Source of the DNA: Dehalococcoidia bacterium
GTDB taxonomy: Bacteria > Chloroflexota > Dehalococcoidia > Lucifugimonadales > UBA3495
Assembly (NCBI GenBank): GCA_965220625.1
Contig: CBDCQN010000003.1
Span: forward strand, 1,162,186 to 1,226,185
Direction of reading: 5' to 3'
DNA length: 64,000 bases
Shown here one piece after another: positions 45,511-55,263 of this stretch. The position numbers were made by a program, and so were the translations under genes. The notes beneath the pieces were generated by a model that saw only the letters and a program-made list of their open reading frames with translations, was not told where the DNA came from and searched no databases. Every line of letters starts with the position of its first letter. The first letter of the stretch is position 1.

Positions 45511-45574
45511 GCCTATCTCCTTATCAGGTACTGCGATGCTCGCTGTTCCAGACCGGTCTGGCGGCCCGGGGAAG

Positions 45575-45725
45575 CTAGGGAACCTCTGAATAAGTCAGCG
45601 ACATGGCGGCGAAAGCCGGAATCCCGGAGGGTAGATTAGGGAGGTCAGCTATGCAATGAACGCCGGCACCCCCATCCTAACCTTCCCCCGTCGAGGGGGA
45701 AGGGACTTGTTCAGAGGTTCCCTAG
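45575..45725. repeat. MITE-like 151-bp element bounded by perfect 16-bp terminal inverted repeats (ctagggaacctctgaa / ttcagaggttccctag)
   Basis: Arms at 45575-45590 and 45710-45725 read directly. The interior carries a 9-bp hairpin (ccttccccc gtcga gggggaagg) preceded by cctaa, plus a 16-nt match (45608-45623, reverse orientation) to the 58.6-kb repeat. Confidence 0.65.
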
Positions 45726-47731
45726 TCGCCCACCGGCTGAGTTTCCTCAACGCGGCCCCGTAGCAAATCGTAATGCTCGGCAGCCTGGGCAGCGACTCCC
45801 TCCAGGTCCTCTTTCAGCAGGTAGCCGTCCTCGATCAACCGGAGCGAAGCCTCGTTGACCAGGTCCAGGTAGTGTTCCCTGGAGTCGTACCGCTCTTCGA
45901 TGGAGGAACGAGGGTCCCCGGATGCCTCCCTCAATTCCCGGGTGGCGGCAAAAGGAATGGTGGACCCACGCAGGGTCCCGCCGGAAGCGCCGCCCGTGGA
46001 CAGCGCGTGCCCTCCGCCGCCAGTGGACGGATGACGGGTGTTCCACCCCGTATGGGTCGCTACCGGGACCGATACGAAAGGCAGCACAATCCCCGCTATT
46101 TCATTGCCATCGCTGTCGACGGCGGAAACCAGCGCGGGAAAGACCGCGCCGATCTTTCCCGGGACGACCGTTGGCGTCCCGGGGTCCGGTCCGAAGTCCA
46201 GCCGGGTAAACCTCCGCGCGGGGACGGGGATGGCGACGCCCGGAATCGCCTCCAGTGTCTGCCCGGCCTCCGCCATCGTCACCGCGGTCCCGTCGGCGAT
46301 CCGAGGGTACCGGCTGAGAGGGGGCGCGACGCCGTCGGTTACCCACCGGTCGAGATTGGTTAGAGCGGCACGCAGCAACGGACGGTAGTCCAATCCGTTA
46401 AAGCAGTGCCGACCCCGGTAACCGTCCACCGGATCGGTATCGGTCAGGGGGAAGGACCCCAAGCCGTGTTGGGCGCTCGCGAACACGTAAATTCGGACCT
46501 CTTCGGGCGGCTCCAGGTCGGCCTTTCCGTCCAGGGTAGTGTGGGGCAGAGAGCCGTGGCCGGCCCAATACTCGGACGGCGTATAGGTGTACATGATCTT
46601 GGGCAGCGTCCCCTGCGCCGCCAGCCGAGAGAGCAGCCCGTCGGTCAGTCCGGTCTCCGGGTCGGTCTGCTCGCCGTCGCTGAACGGGAACAGGCTGTTG
46701 GTGCTGCGGCTGGCCTGGCTGGAGGGCTGGGCGAACCGCTGGTTGAACTCGCCCCGTTTTCCTCCGGCCACGTGGGGGATGAAACCGTCGAAGACCGTCC
46801 GGCCGGCTTCATCCAGGTTGAGGCCTTGGTACAGGAACTGGCGCAGGAAACGTCCGCTCTGGGAGACCCCGAAGGCATAGACTTTTTCGACTTCGCGCCC
46901 CGCCTCATTTCCGGCTTCGGGACCGCCGGACCTCAGGTGCGAAGCAATGTCCCTGGTCGCCAACAGCCCAAGTCCGGCCACCGGAGCACCGGTGGTGGTG
47001 TAGACCACCTGGTACACCTTGCCGGGCTGGAACCCCGAAGGCAGATAGACGTGGGTGGCGTCCGGAATGCGCCGGCCGTCTTCGAGGCGCGAGAAAAACC
47101 ACTCCCGGCGGGGTATGACATCTTCCGGAGCGTCCTCGTGCTCCTGGACCGTCAGCACCGACTCCCAGTCCTCCAGGTTGTTGGCGGCGTAAGCCCGGTG
47201 CATCCGGTCGGACAGGTACTGCACCTGGGTGGGGCTATTGGTCTGGAAGGTGACGACGATCCTGCCTGAAACCGGGCCGTCCCCGGTATTGGCCTCCGGC
47301 AGATAGATGCGCATCAGCCCCGGCGTGTCGGGAACGTCATGCTGCCAGCCGCACCAGGCCACGGTGTAGCCTTCACGCATCAGGAAGCCGTTGCCCGCGT
47401 CCATCGGGGCGTCCGGCGCAACCTCGGGGGCGCTGTTGATGTTCCTCAAGGCCAAGGGTTTGCCCCGGTTCAGGACATCAAGCACCACCCGTCCATTCCC
47501 GCGGGTCGGGTCGACGGGCCGCAGGAGTCTGAAATCCGAAGAAAACTCCACCAGGCCGTCAGCGTTCTGCGGGGCCAAGCCGATGTCGGTGACCGTCTCG
47601 TTGGCGTTATTAGCGGGATCGACAGCGAAGTGGACAGTGCCGTCCAATTGCTCGTAGGGGCCCACGTCGCCGAAGGAGCGGCCTCCGGCGAAAGCCTGCC
47701 GGGAAGCAATCTCCATCTTCGTAACCGGCAT
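45722..47731 (-). CDS. Uncharacterised alpha/beta-hydrolase-domain protein (large, about 670 aa family)
   Basis: N-terminus MPVTKMEIASRQAFAGGRSFGDVGPYEQLDGTVHFAVDP matches, from memory, a conserved hypothetical family with a C-terminal hydrolase-like domain. The ATG at 47731 is preceded by ggaggg. Confidence 0.6.
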   Translation of the reverse strand: MPVTKMEIASRQAFAGGRSFGDVGPYEQLDGTVHFAVDPANNANETVTDIGLAPQNADGLVEFSSDFRLLRPVDPTRGNGRVVLDVLNRGKPLALRNINSAPEVAPDAPMDAGNGFLMREGYTVAWCGWQHDVPDTPGLMRIYLPEANTGDGPVSGRIVVTFQTNSPTQVQYLSDRMHRAYAANNLEDWESVLTVQEHEDAPEDVIPRREWFFSRLEDGRRIPDATHVYLPSGFQPGKVYQVVYTTTGAPVAGLGLLATRDIASHLRSGGPEAGNEAGREVEKVYAFGVSQSGRFLRQFLYQGLNLDEAGRTVFDGFIPHVAGGKRGEFNQRFAQPSSQASRSTNSLFPFSDGEQTDPETGLTDGLLSRLAAQGTLPKIMYTYTPSEYWAGHGSLPHTTLDGKADLEPPEEVRIYVFASAQHGLGSFPLTDTDPVDGYRGRHCFNGLDYRPLLRAALTNLDRWVTDGVAPPLSRYPRIADGTAVTMAEAGQTLEAIPGVAIPVPARRFTRLDFGPDPGTPTVVPGKIGAVFPALVSAVDSDGNEIAGIVLPFVSVPVATHTGWNTRHPSTGGGGHALSTGGASGGTLRGSTIPFAATRELREASGDPRSSIEERYDSREHYLDLVNEASLRLIEDGYLLKEDLEGVAAQAAEHYDLLRGRVEETQPVGD

Positions 47732-47813
47732 ACAACCCTCCACTTTCTCAACGCAGCGGACGCCGCGAGAAAATCAAAGAATTCTGCGTTGTTCTCTGGT
47801 CTTTGGGGTCGGA

Positions 47814-48968
47814 TCACCCACGCAGCGGGCGGAAGAACTCCCGCACTTCATGGGCCAAAAGTTCCGGCTCCTCCAAGGCGGCGAAGTGACCTCCCCGGGG
47901 CATCTCCTGCCAGCGCCGGACGTCATACGAACGCTCGGCCCATTCCCGGGGCGGCCGGGCGATTTCTTGGGGGAACAAGGCCATTCCCGCCGGGGCCGGA
48001 ACAATTTCATCCGGCTCCATCGTCCAGAGATGGCTCTGGTTTTCTTTGTACATGCGGACCGAAGAACCGATGGTGCCAGTAACCCAGTAGATGGTGACGG
48101 TGGTGAGCAGCTCGTCCTTGGTGTAGCTGCTTTCCACGTCGCCGTGGCAGTCGCTCCAAGTCCGGTACTTCTCCACGATCCAAGCCGCCAGCCCCGCCGG
48201 AGAGTCGTTCAAGCCGTAGGAAAGGGTCTGGGGCTTGGTTCCTTGTATGTGGTTGTACCCTCCCTCGTCTTGGAACCACTGGTCCCGCTGTGCCATGTGG
48301 GCGGTTTCTTCCTCGGTCAGCGAGCGGGCGCCCGGACCCAGGTAGGGCGTGGGCCGGGTAACGGAGGTCAGGTGGACGCCGTACAGCTTGTCGTGGTGGG
48401 CGTAGCCCAAGCGTGAGGTGACTCCGGCGCCAATGTCGCCGCCTTGGGCGGCGAACTTCGGATATCCCAGGTTCTCGGTCATCAGCTTGGCCCACAGATC
48501 GGCTACTTTCTGCATCTGCATTCCGCGTTCGCTGGTGGCTTGGGAAAAGCCGAAGCCGGGCAGAGATGGGGCCACCACGTCGAAAGAGTCGGCCGGATCG
48601 GCCCCGTGGGAGCCGGGATCGGCCAGCAGCGGGATGATCTTGGTCATTTCGAAGAAGGTGCTGGGCCAGCCGTGGGTGATTACCAAGGGGATGGGATTGG
48701 GGCCCGTGCCCCGCTCGTGGATGAAGTGGATATCCAGCCCCTCGACTTCGCTCTTGAAGTGGTGGAAGGCGTTGAGCTTCTTCTCTTGGGCCCGCCAATC
48801 GAATTCAGTGCGCCAGTAATCCACCAACTCCTTGATGTAGTCCAGGTTACTGCCGTAGTCCCACTCCGCGCCGGGGATTTCGTCGGGCCAGCGGGTGTGG
48901 GTCAGACGCACCTGCAGGTCGTCCAAGACCGACTGGTCTACCGCGATCTCAAAGGGTCTCACTTCCAT
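47814..48968 (-). CDS. Epoxide hydrolase (microsomal EH-like, N-terminal EHN domain)
   Basis: RPFEIAVDQSVLDDLQVRL..TRWPDE and HGWPSTFFE motifs. 384 aa. Confidence 0.85.
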   Translation of the reverse strand: MEVRPFEIAVDQSVLDDLQVRLTHTRWPDEIPGAEWDYGSNLDYIKELVDYWRTEFDWRAQEKKLNAFHHFKSEVEGLDIHFIHERGTGPNPIPLVITHGWPSTFFEMTKIIPLLADPGSHGADPADSFDVVAPSLPGFGFSQATSERGMQMQKVADLWAKLMTENLGYPKFAAQGGDIGAGVTSRLGYAHHDKLYGVHLTSVTRPTPYLGPGARSLTEEETAHMAQRDQWFQDEGGYNHIQGTKPQTLSYGLNDSPAGLAAWIVEKYRTWSDCHGDVESSYTKDELLTTVTIYWVTGTIGSSVRMYKENQSHLWTMEPDEIVPAPAGMALFPQEIARPPREWAERSYDVRRWQEMPRGGHFAALEEPELLAHEVREFFRPLRG

Positions 48969-49000
48969 GACGCGACTCCTCGACGCAACTCCTTGGCCGT

Positions 49001-50017
49001 CTACACGTCGATGCTGTAGACGCGGGCGGCGGTATCGTGGAACAGGGCGGCCCTTTCCGACGGGGAATAGCCATGGGAGAGCCGCTTGAAGGCGTTGTAC
49101 ATCACGTTGTACGAGAAGGAGACCTTGTCGACCGGAAAGTTGCTTTCAAACATGCACCGGTCGGGACCGAACTTCTCAATGCAGTAGTTCATCCACGGTC
49201 CGATGGACTCGGCCAACTCCTCGGAGCCGATGGGCTTCTCACGGGTGTGCCAGTCGAAACCGATGCGCGGCATTCCGACGCCGCCCAGCTTCATCACAAT
49301 GTTGGGACATTCTCCGCACGCGTCTATCCCGGCCCGCCAGGCCGGGATGACTTCGTCGTCGCGCCCGCCATAGGGGCCGATCCGCATCATCCCTCCTATG
49401 TGATTGAGGACGATGGTCAGGTCGGGCATTTGCTTCGCAAAAGCGGCCAAGTCCGCCATCTGGGGGAAATAGAGGGAGTTTTCCAGGACGAGCCCCATGT
49501 CGACCAGAACTTGGGCGCCGGCCCGGAAGTCGTCCCTGGAGAGGCAGCCCTCCACCTCGCGGTCCTCGACGTCCGGATGGGGGTCCCACCCCACGGAGTG
49601 CCGGATGCCGCGGAACCGGTTGGGACTGGCAGCCTGGAGGGCCTCGAGCACGGGCCGCGCCCCGTCGCCCAGCTTCAGGTCGGTCCGGCCGATAATGCCG
49701 GCGGCGGCCTGTCCCGGGCCGTACTCGCCAGTGGCGCTGGCGTCGGCTATGGCCTGCACGAACTCCACCTCGCCGACCGACCGCATCTCCTCCGGGCCAT
49801 CGGTGCGGTAGCTGGACCGGGCTTCGACGAACACAGTGGAACGCACGTTATGTCCACTTGTAATGTCGGCTGCCAGGTCGAGAAGCAGGTATTGTTGGTA
49901 ATCCAGCGGTTCCGGCCGCTGCACCCAGAAATGGTGGTGCGGGTCGCAGATGGTCAACTCGGCTTCCAGGGCCGGTTCCGGGGTCAACGCCAGCCATTCA
50001 TTTCCTGTTGGTGGCAT
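49001..50017 (-). CDS. Amidohydrolase-2 family (TIM-barrel metal-dependent hydrolase)
   Basis: ICDPHHHFW metal-binding motif near the N-terminus. I prefer the ATG at 50017. Confidence 0.75.
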   Translation of the reverse strand: MPPTGNEWLALTPEPALEAELTICDPHHHFWVQRPEPLDYQQYLLLDLAADITSGHNVRSTVFVEARSSYRTDGPEEMRSVGEVEFVQAIADASATGEYGPGQAAAGIIGRTDLKLGDGARPVLEALQAASPNRFRGIRHSVGWDPHPDVEDREVEGCLSRDDFRAGAQVLVDMGLVLENSLYFPQMADLAAFAKQMPDLTIVLNHIGGMMRIGPYGGRDDEVIPAWRAGIDACGECPNIVMKLGGVGMPRIGFDWHTREKPIGSEELAESIGPWMNYCIEKFGPDRCMFESNFPVDKVSFSYNVMYNAFKRLSHGYSPSERAALFHDTAARVYSIDV

Positions 50018-50096
50018 AGTCAAGGCTCCATTTGGGTGATTGGCGCCGTCTTGGGCGGCCCAATAATAGCATACGCAAAAGGTGTAAAATCGGAGC

Positions 50097-51122
50097 GTGG
50101 AGAAACTTGGCTTCAAATTGAGCATCCTCGACCAGAGTCCGGTAAATGAACCGGAGACGGCTACGGATGCGTTCGCCAACACCGTGGAGCTGGCCCGCAA
50201 GGCCGAGGAATGGGGCTACCACCGGTTCTGGGTCGCCGAGCACCACGGGTCCAACCGGGTAATGGGCTCTTCGCCCGAAGTGCTGATGGCGCACCTGCTG
50301 GCCAAGACGGCCCGCATCCGTATCGGCTCCGGCGGCGTGATGTTGCAGCATTACAGCCCGTACAAGGTCGCCGAGAACTTCAACGTGCTGGCGTCACTGG
50401 CCCCTGGCCGGGTGGACCTGGGAATCGGCCGGGGGCCCGGCGGCCTGCCCCAGTCCACCAAGGCGCTGCAACGGGACGCGGTAAACGGGACGATGCCCGT
50501 TTCGGAAAAGGTGGCGGAGCTCCAACGGTTTCTTTGCAACGAGTTGGAAGAAGACCACCCGCTGTACGGCCTGCAGGCCAGCCCTCTCCCTCCGCAGCCG
50601 CCTGAGCTTTTCATGCTGGGGACGAATCCCTCCAGCGCCGAGTTCGCCGCCGGACTCAGGATGCCCTACGTCTTCGCCCTGTTCCTGCACAACGACGAAG
50701 ACGTGATGCTGCAGGCAATCAAGACCTACCGGGCCCTGTTTCCTTCCGCCGGCGGTTGCCGGCCCCGGGCGATGCTGGCGTTGCCGGTCATCGTTGCCGA
50801 GACCGACGAAGAGGCCGCCGGATACGCCGCTCGGGTCAAGGTGGTGCGCATCCGGCTGGCCAGCGGGCGAACGCTCACCGTGGGCAGCGTCGAAGCCGGT
50901 GAGGAGTTCGGCCGGCAGTCTGGAGAGGAATACACCCTGAGCGTCAAGGACGCCAGCGTAGTGCACGGCTCTCCCGGGACCGCTCTGGCCAAGCTGCTGG
51001 AAGTCCGGGACGTGTACCAAGCCGACGAAATTTTCGCCGTGACCGCAATCGACAGTTTCGAAAAACGGTTGCGCTCCTACCAACTGCTGGCCCAAGCCTA
51101 TTATCGAAGCGTCGAAAGCTGA
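50097..51122 (+). CDS. LLM-class flavin-dependent oxidoreductase (luciferase-family group 1 / MsnO8-like)
   Basis: LSILDQSPV...[11 protein letters not shown]...[17 protein letters not shown]. The GTG start is uncertain. Confidence 0.8.
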   Translation: MEKLGFKLSILDQSPVNEPETATDAFANTVELARKAEEWGYHRFWVAEHHGSNRVMGSSPEVLMAHLLAKTARIRIGSGGVMLQHYSPYKVAENFNVLASLAPGRVDLGIGRGPGGLPQSTKALQRDAVNGTMPVSEKVAELQRFLCNELEEDHPLYGLQASPLPPQPPELFMLGTNPSSAEFAAGLRMPYVFALFLHNDEDVMLQAIKTYRALFPSAGGCRPRAMLALPVIVAETDEEAAGYAARVKVVRIRLASGRTLTVGSVEAGEEFGRQSGEEYTLSVKDASVVHGSPGTALAKLLEVRDVYQADEIFAVTAIDSFEKRLRSYQLLAQAYYRSVES

Positions 51123-51141
51123 TTCAGAGGACCGCAGAAAT

Positions 51142-52482
51142 ATGGCGACAGAACGGAAAATGCGCCTGGGTACATTTCTCGCCGGGACCGGGAGCAACAT
51201 GGCATCCTGGCGTCACCCCAACGCGGTGCCCGACGCCGCCATCAATCTTGAGTACTACCGCTGGCTGACCCGGCGGGCCGAGGAGGCCAAGCTGGACTTC
51301 GCCTTTTTCGGCGACGGCCTTTACATCAGCGAGAAGTCCCATCCCAACTTCCTGAACCGTTTCGAGCCGCTCACCCTGCTGGCGGCCTTGGCTATGGACA
51401 CCACCCACATCGGCCTCGCCGCCACCTTGTCGACCACCTACAGCGACCCGTTCACCGTCGCCCGCCAATTCTCGTCCATAGACCACTTGAGCGACGGACG
51501 GGCCGGATGGAACATCGTCACCTCTCCCCTCGAAGGCTCGGCCCTGAACTACGGCAAGCCGGAGCACCCGGCCCACGACCTACGCTACCGCATGGCAGAC
51601 GAGTTCATCCAGGTGACCAAGGGGTTGTGGGACTCTTGGGAGGACGGAGCGTTCGTCCGGAACAAGGAGACTGGCCAGTTCATAGACCCTGAAAAGTTGC
51701 ACCGGGTAGACTACAAAGGGGAGTTCTTCTCGGTGCAAGGGCCTCTCAACATCTCCAGGTCGCGCCAAGGACGACCCGTGCTGATCCAGGCCGGTTCCTC
51801 CGAGGCCGGCAAGAGCTTCGCCGCCAAGGTAGCCGACGCGGTGTTCACCGGGCAGGCCAACCGCTCCGACGCAGTCATGTTCTCTAAAGACGTCAAGGGG
51901 CGGGCTGCGGCGGTAGGCCGGGACCCGGCCGAAGTCCTTGTCCTCCCCGGCTGTTCCCCCATCGTCGGACGGACGGCTGCCGAGGCGGAAGCGAAATACC
52001 GGGAAATCGCCGACCTCGTGGTGATGAACGACGCCCTGAACTACTTGGGCCGGTTTTTCAATGATATCGATTTCACCCAGTTCGAGTTGGACGCTCCGTT
52101 TCCTGATCTCGGCGACTTCGGCCGCAACGGCTGGGAGAGTACCACCGACCACATCAAACAGGCGGCCCGGGAAGAAGGGTTAACGCTGAGGGACGTGGCC
52201 CTGCGGTCCACCACACCCAGGCACGAGTTCATTGGCACGCCGTCCCAGGTGGCGGACAGAATGCAGGAGTGGTTCGAGTCGGGCGCGGCCGACGGTTTCA
52301 TGCTCAGCGGCTCGGTGCTTCCCGACGGTTTCATCGACTTCATAGACCACGTCCTGCCCATACTTAAAGAACGCGGACTGTTCCGCACCGAATACGAGGC
52401 CGATACCCTCCGGGGCAATTTGGGGCTGCCCAAACCCGAGAACCAGTTCGCCGCAGCCAAGACGTCCGCGGTCCTGCCTTAG
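51142..52482 (+). CDS. LLM-class monooxygenase, NtaA/SnaA/DszA family
   Basis: 446 aa. [20 protein letters not shown]...[10 protein letters not shown] motifs are typical of the nitrilotriacetate-monooxygenase component A family. Confidence 0.85.
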   Translation: MATERKMRLGTFLAGTGSNMASWRHPNAVPDAAINLEYYRWLTRRAEEAKLDFAFFGDGLYISEKSHPNFLNRFEPLTLLAALAMDTTHIGLAATLSTTYSDPFTVARQFSSIDHLSDGRAGWNIVTSPLEGSALNYGKPEHPAHDLRYRMADEFIQVTKGLWDSWEDGAFVRNKETGQFIDPEKLHRVDYKGEFFSVQGPLNISRSRQGRPVLIQAGSSEAGKSFAAKVADAVFTGQANRSDAVMFSKDVKGRAAAVGRDPAEVLVLPGCSPIVGRTAAEAEAKYREIADLVVMNDALNYLGRFFNDIDFTQFELDAPFPDLGDFGRNGWESTTDHIKQAAREEGLTLRDVALRSTTPRHEFIGTPSQVADRMQEWFESGAADGFMLSGSVLPDGFIDFIDHVLPILKERGLFRTEYEADTLRGNLGLPKPENQFAAAKTSAVLP

Positions 52483-52517
52483 ATACCCGTTAAGCGGATA
52501 ACCCGGGAGGTCTCGAT

Positions 52518-53084
52518 TTGGCCACGTTACTCGCTATCCACGGTACTGTGACTCGACCGGGGCGGTTGCATCAGGCGTTGCAGGCTGCCTTGGAGGGAGT
52601 TGAAGGCCATCCGGGAGTCAGCACCAGCCTGCTCGACCTCGGGCAATACCGGGTGTCCTTCGCCGACGGGCGTCCGCTGACCGGTTACTCCGACGATACG
52701 CAGGCTGTGGTGGAGAAGGTGACGGCGGCGGACATGTACCTGATCGGCACCCCGATTTACCGGGCGTCGTTCACTGCGGCCCTGAAGAATATCCTGGACC
52801 TGACACCCGTCGACGGCCTGATGGGTAAGCCGTGCGGGCTGGTGGGAATGGGCGCCACAGACCACCACTACCTCGCCCTGGACGCCCAACTCCGTCCAGT
52901 GCTGGCCTGGTTCGGCGCCCGGGTGCTTGCGGTCCCGGTCTACCTCCAGTCGCGCCACTTCCAGGATGGCCAATTGTCCGACCCTCAGGCGGTGGAAGAC
53001 CTTCAGTCCCTGGCCCGGGCGGTAGTCGCCGCTCGCGAGGCGCGGGCCCATGAGAGACCGACGCCGCTGGCAGCCCGTTACTGA
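52518..53084 (+). CDS. NAD(P)H-dependent FMN reductase
   Basis: Flavodoxin-like fold. GTPIYRASFTAALKNILD motif. Lies directly downstream of two LLM genes. TTG start. Confidence 0.75.
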   Translation: MATLLAIHGTVTRPGRLHQALQAALEGVEGHPGVSTSLLDLGQYRVSFADGRPLTGYSDDTQAVVEKVTAADMYLIGTPIYRASFTAALKNILDLTPVDGLMGKPCGLVGMGATDHHYLALDAQLRPVLAWFGARVLAVPVYLQSRHFQDGQLSDPQAVEDLQSLARAVVAAREARAHERPTPLAARY

Positions 53085-53102
53085 CTGCCGGCCTTCTTCC
53101 CT

Positions 53103-54422
53103 CTACGCCGGAGCGCCTTGTTCCACTGGCTCCCGGACACTTTCACCCGGCCTCCGGTCGCCTATCGACAGCACCAGAATGGCCGCCACCGCCAGCAGGA
53201 CGATGTTGGACCAGATGGCGACCTCGTAGTTGCCCCGTTCGTCGTACAGGACACCGCTGAGGTATGCGCCGATTCCGGACCCGATGGGCATCACGGCGAA
53301 CATGGTCCCGTATATCTTCCCCAAGTTGCGGAGGCCGAAACCGTCGGAGGCGTAGGCTGCCGTGATACCCACCACGGCGTTCCACGAGAACCCCACGAGC
53401 AGTACGCCGATCAAGAGGGGCGCGAGGCCAAAGGCCGGGAGCCCGGCAAAAGAGACGCCCATCGACAGCAAGACCACGACGAATCCCACCAACCTGAGCT
53501 GGTAGGAGATGGCCAACCACCGCCGCCGCCCTCGGTTGTCGGACATGTTCCCCAAGTATAGTGCGCCGATGATGGCGGTGGCGCCGATGAGGCTGAACGC
53601 CCCGGCGGCGACCATTGGATGATATCCCAGGTCTCTCGCATAGGTTACGAAATGAGCATTCACGAAGCTCATTGAGTAGCCTCAAACGAAATACCCGAAA
53701 GTCAACCTCTGGAACATCGGGGTCCGTATCGCTTCGCCGAATGTGGAATCGCGGAACGCCGCGGCGGTGCTGTCGGACTTTTCATCGCCGGCCTGCGAAC
53801 CGGACATCGGACGTTCCCCGTAAGCCTGCAGGCCCATGTCCTCGGGACGGTTCCGGATCAACCAGACGCCGATTGGAAGAATCAGCACCATCAATAACAG
53901 CCCCAGGAACAAGTATGCCTGCTGCCAGGTGAACAACACCAAAAAGGCGGACGTGGCGGGCACCAAAAACATCGCTCCAAAGGACCCGGCCCCGCCCACC
54001 AGGCCGAAGGTGACGCCCCGCCGCGACAAGAACCATTCGGCGACGATCTTGATGAGGATAGGGCCGGTGCCCAAGGTGACCCCGATGCTCATCACGCCGA
54101 ACACCAGGTAGAGCTGCCACAGGTTGTTGACCAACGGCAGCATGAGCAGCATCCAGCCCATGATTGCCACGCCCGCCAGCGCGGACCACTTGGCGCTGTA
54201 ACGGTCCGCCAAGTAGCCGGCCACAGGCCGCAGCAGCCCCGAAAGCACGTAGGTGATGGCGAACGCCAAGGAAAGTGTGCCGCGGCTCCAGTCGAACTCC
54301 TCGGTCATCGGCTTCAGGAAGACGCCAAAGGAAAACTGCCCCCCGGCCACACCGAAGACAATCAGGGCGCACCCAACGACAACCCACCAACCGTAGAAGG
54401 TGTTTCTAAAAAGAGAAGGCAT
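53103..54422 (-). CDS. MFS transporter interrupted by one in-frame TGA (53684..53682) at a conserved Cys-Gly position; either a pseudogene or a Sec-recoded gene
   Basis: Track ORFs 53682..54491 and 53103..53672 are in the same frame. The junction reads TFGYFV-[TGA]-GYSMSFVNAHFVTYARDLGY. Together they give about 439 codons and about 12 TM helices. Confidence 0.6.
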
Positions 54423-54471
54423 TTCCTGCTCCCGGGACCGGCTCCGGTCGTAAGCGAATATTAACGGCGGG

Positions 54472-54699
54472 TTAACGCCTTGTCCACGCACTATGCCCCG
54501 GTTTCGCCGAGGCCTGCTGCCATGCCCGATTCCTAGTGCCGGTGATGAACCCGGCGTAGCCCTCGTGGAAGATGTACAAGGCGGAGCAGCCTTGATCCTT
54601 GTTGCCGTCTTCGCCGTGTATCGCCCGCCGGTAGTCGTTGGGAATGGCGGCGCACTCGTGGGTTATGACCCCGGGGTTAAGACGCCTGATTAATTCCAA
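54472..54699 (-). CDS. Small coding-like ORF, or the 3' remnant of a disrupted gene (hypothetical)
   Basis: Strong G/C preference at third codon positions across ...VITHECAAIPNDYRRAIHGEDGNKDQGCSALYIFHEGYAGFITG. Only a TTG start is available. The upstream side abuts a palindromic repeat element. Confidence 0.3.
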   Translation of the reverse strand: MELIRRLNPGVITHECAAIPNDYRRAIHGEDGNKDQGCSALYIFHEGYAGFITGTRNRAWQQASAKPGHSAWTRR

Positions 54700-54760
54700 G
54701 CGCCAGCCGGTCAGGCTGAGTCACCGTCACCCATCGGATGGGTTTGCTCAGACTTTCCGG

Positions 54761-54924
54761 CAATCCGGTGTAAGTGTTCAGACTTGATGAGTGTCCCTTC
54801 CCCCCGGCGCACTGGGGGGAAGGTTAGGAAGGGGGGAGGTTGGCGTTGGAACTCCTCCACCCTAACCCTCTCCCGTGTGCAGAGGAGGGGACACTCATCT
54901 ACTCTGAACAGTTACAATCCGGTG
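54761..54924. repeat. Nested palindromic (MITE/REP-like) element with about 30-bp imperfect inverted ends and two CCTAACC-type hairpin modules in opposite orientation
   Basis: tgtaagtgttcagacttgatgagtgtccc (54769-54797) versus the reverse complement of ggggacactcatctactctgaacagttaca (54887-54916). Inner hairpins are ccttcccccc...ggggggaagg and ccctctccc...gaggagggg. Confidence 0.6.
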
Positions 54925-54963
54925 AATCCCTTGAAATAATTGTCCCCTATCGAAGACAATACA

Positions 54964-55254
54964 GTGGTGGAAATCACCTATACCGAAGTCTTCGAGAAGT
55001 GGCTTAACGGACTACGTGACCAACGGGCGAAGGTCTTTATCCTCACTCGGATTGAGCGCATCGAGGACGGGAACTTCGGCGATTACAGGTCGGTTGGCAA
55101 CGGTGTTAGTGAACTCCGCATCAACGCCGGTCAAGGCTACCGGGTTTACTATACGATTCGCCGAAGTACAGTAGTGATTCTGCTCTGCGGAGGCGACAAG
55201 TCGAGCCAAAGGCGAGATGTAAGACTCGCTCAACGGATGGCTGGTGAAATCTAG
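54964..55254 (+). CDS. Type II toxin, RelE/HigB-like 'addiction module killer' (Gp49-like) family
   Basis: VEITYTEVFEKWLNGLRD...GVSELRINAGQGYRVYYTIRRSTVVILLCGGDKSSQ. I propose the GTG start at 54964 (the track TTG is at 54940). Confidence 0.8.
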   Translation: MVEITYTEVFEKWLNGLRDQRAKVFILTRIERIEDGNFGDYRSVGNGVSELRINAGQGYRVYYTIRRSTVVILLCGGDKSSQRRDVRLAQRMAGEI

Positions 55255-55263
55255 GGAGGTACG

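Noticed and set aside
5993-54422. Global reassignment of TGA (genetic code 4 or 25) as an explanation for the two in-frame TGAs.
   Set aside because: TGA terminates several well-defined genes at the expected C-termini (for example 14003-14005, 15451-15453, 37463-37465 and 42518-42520), so it is a normal stop in this genome.
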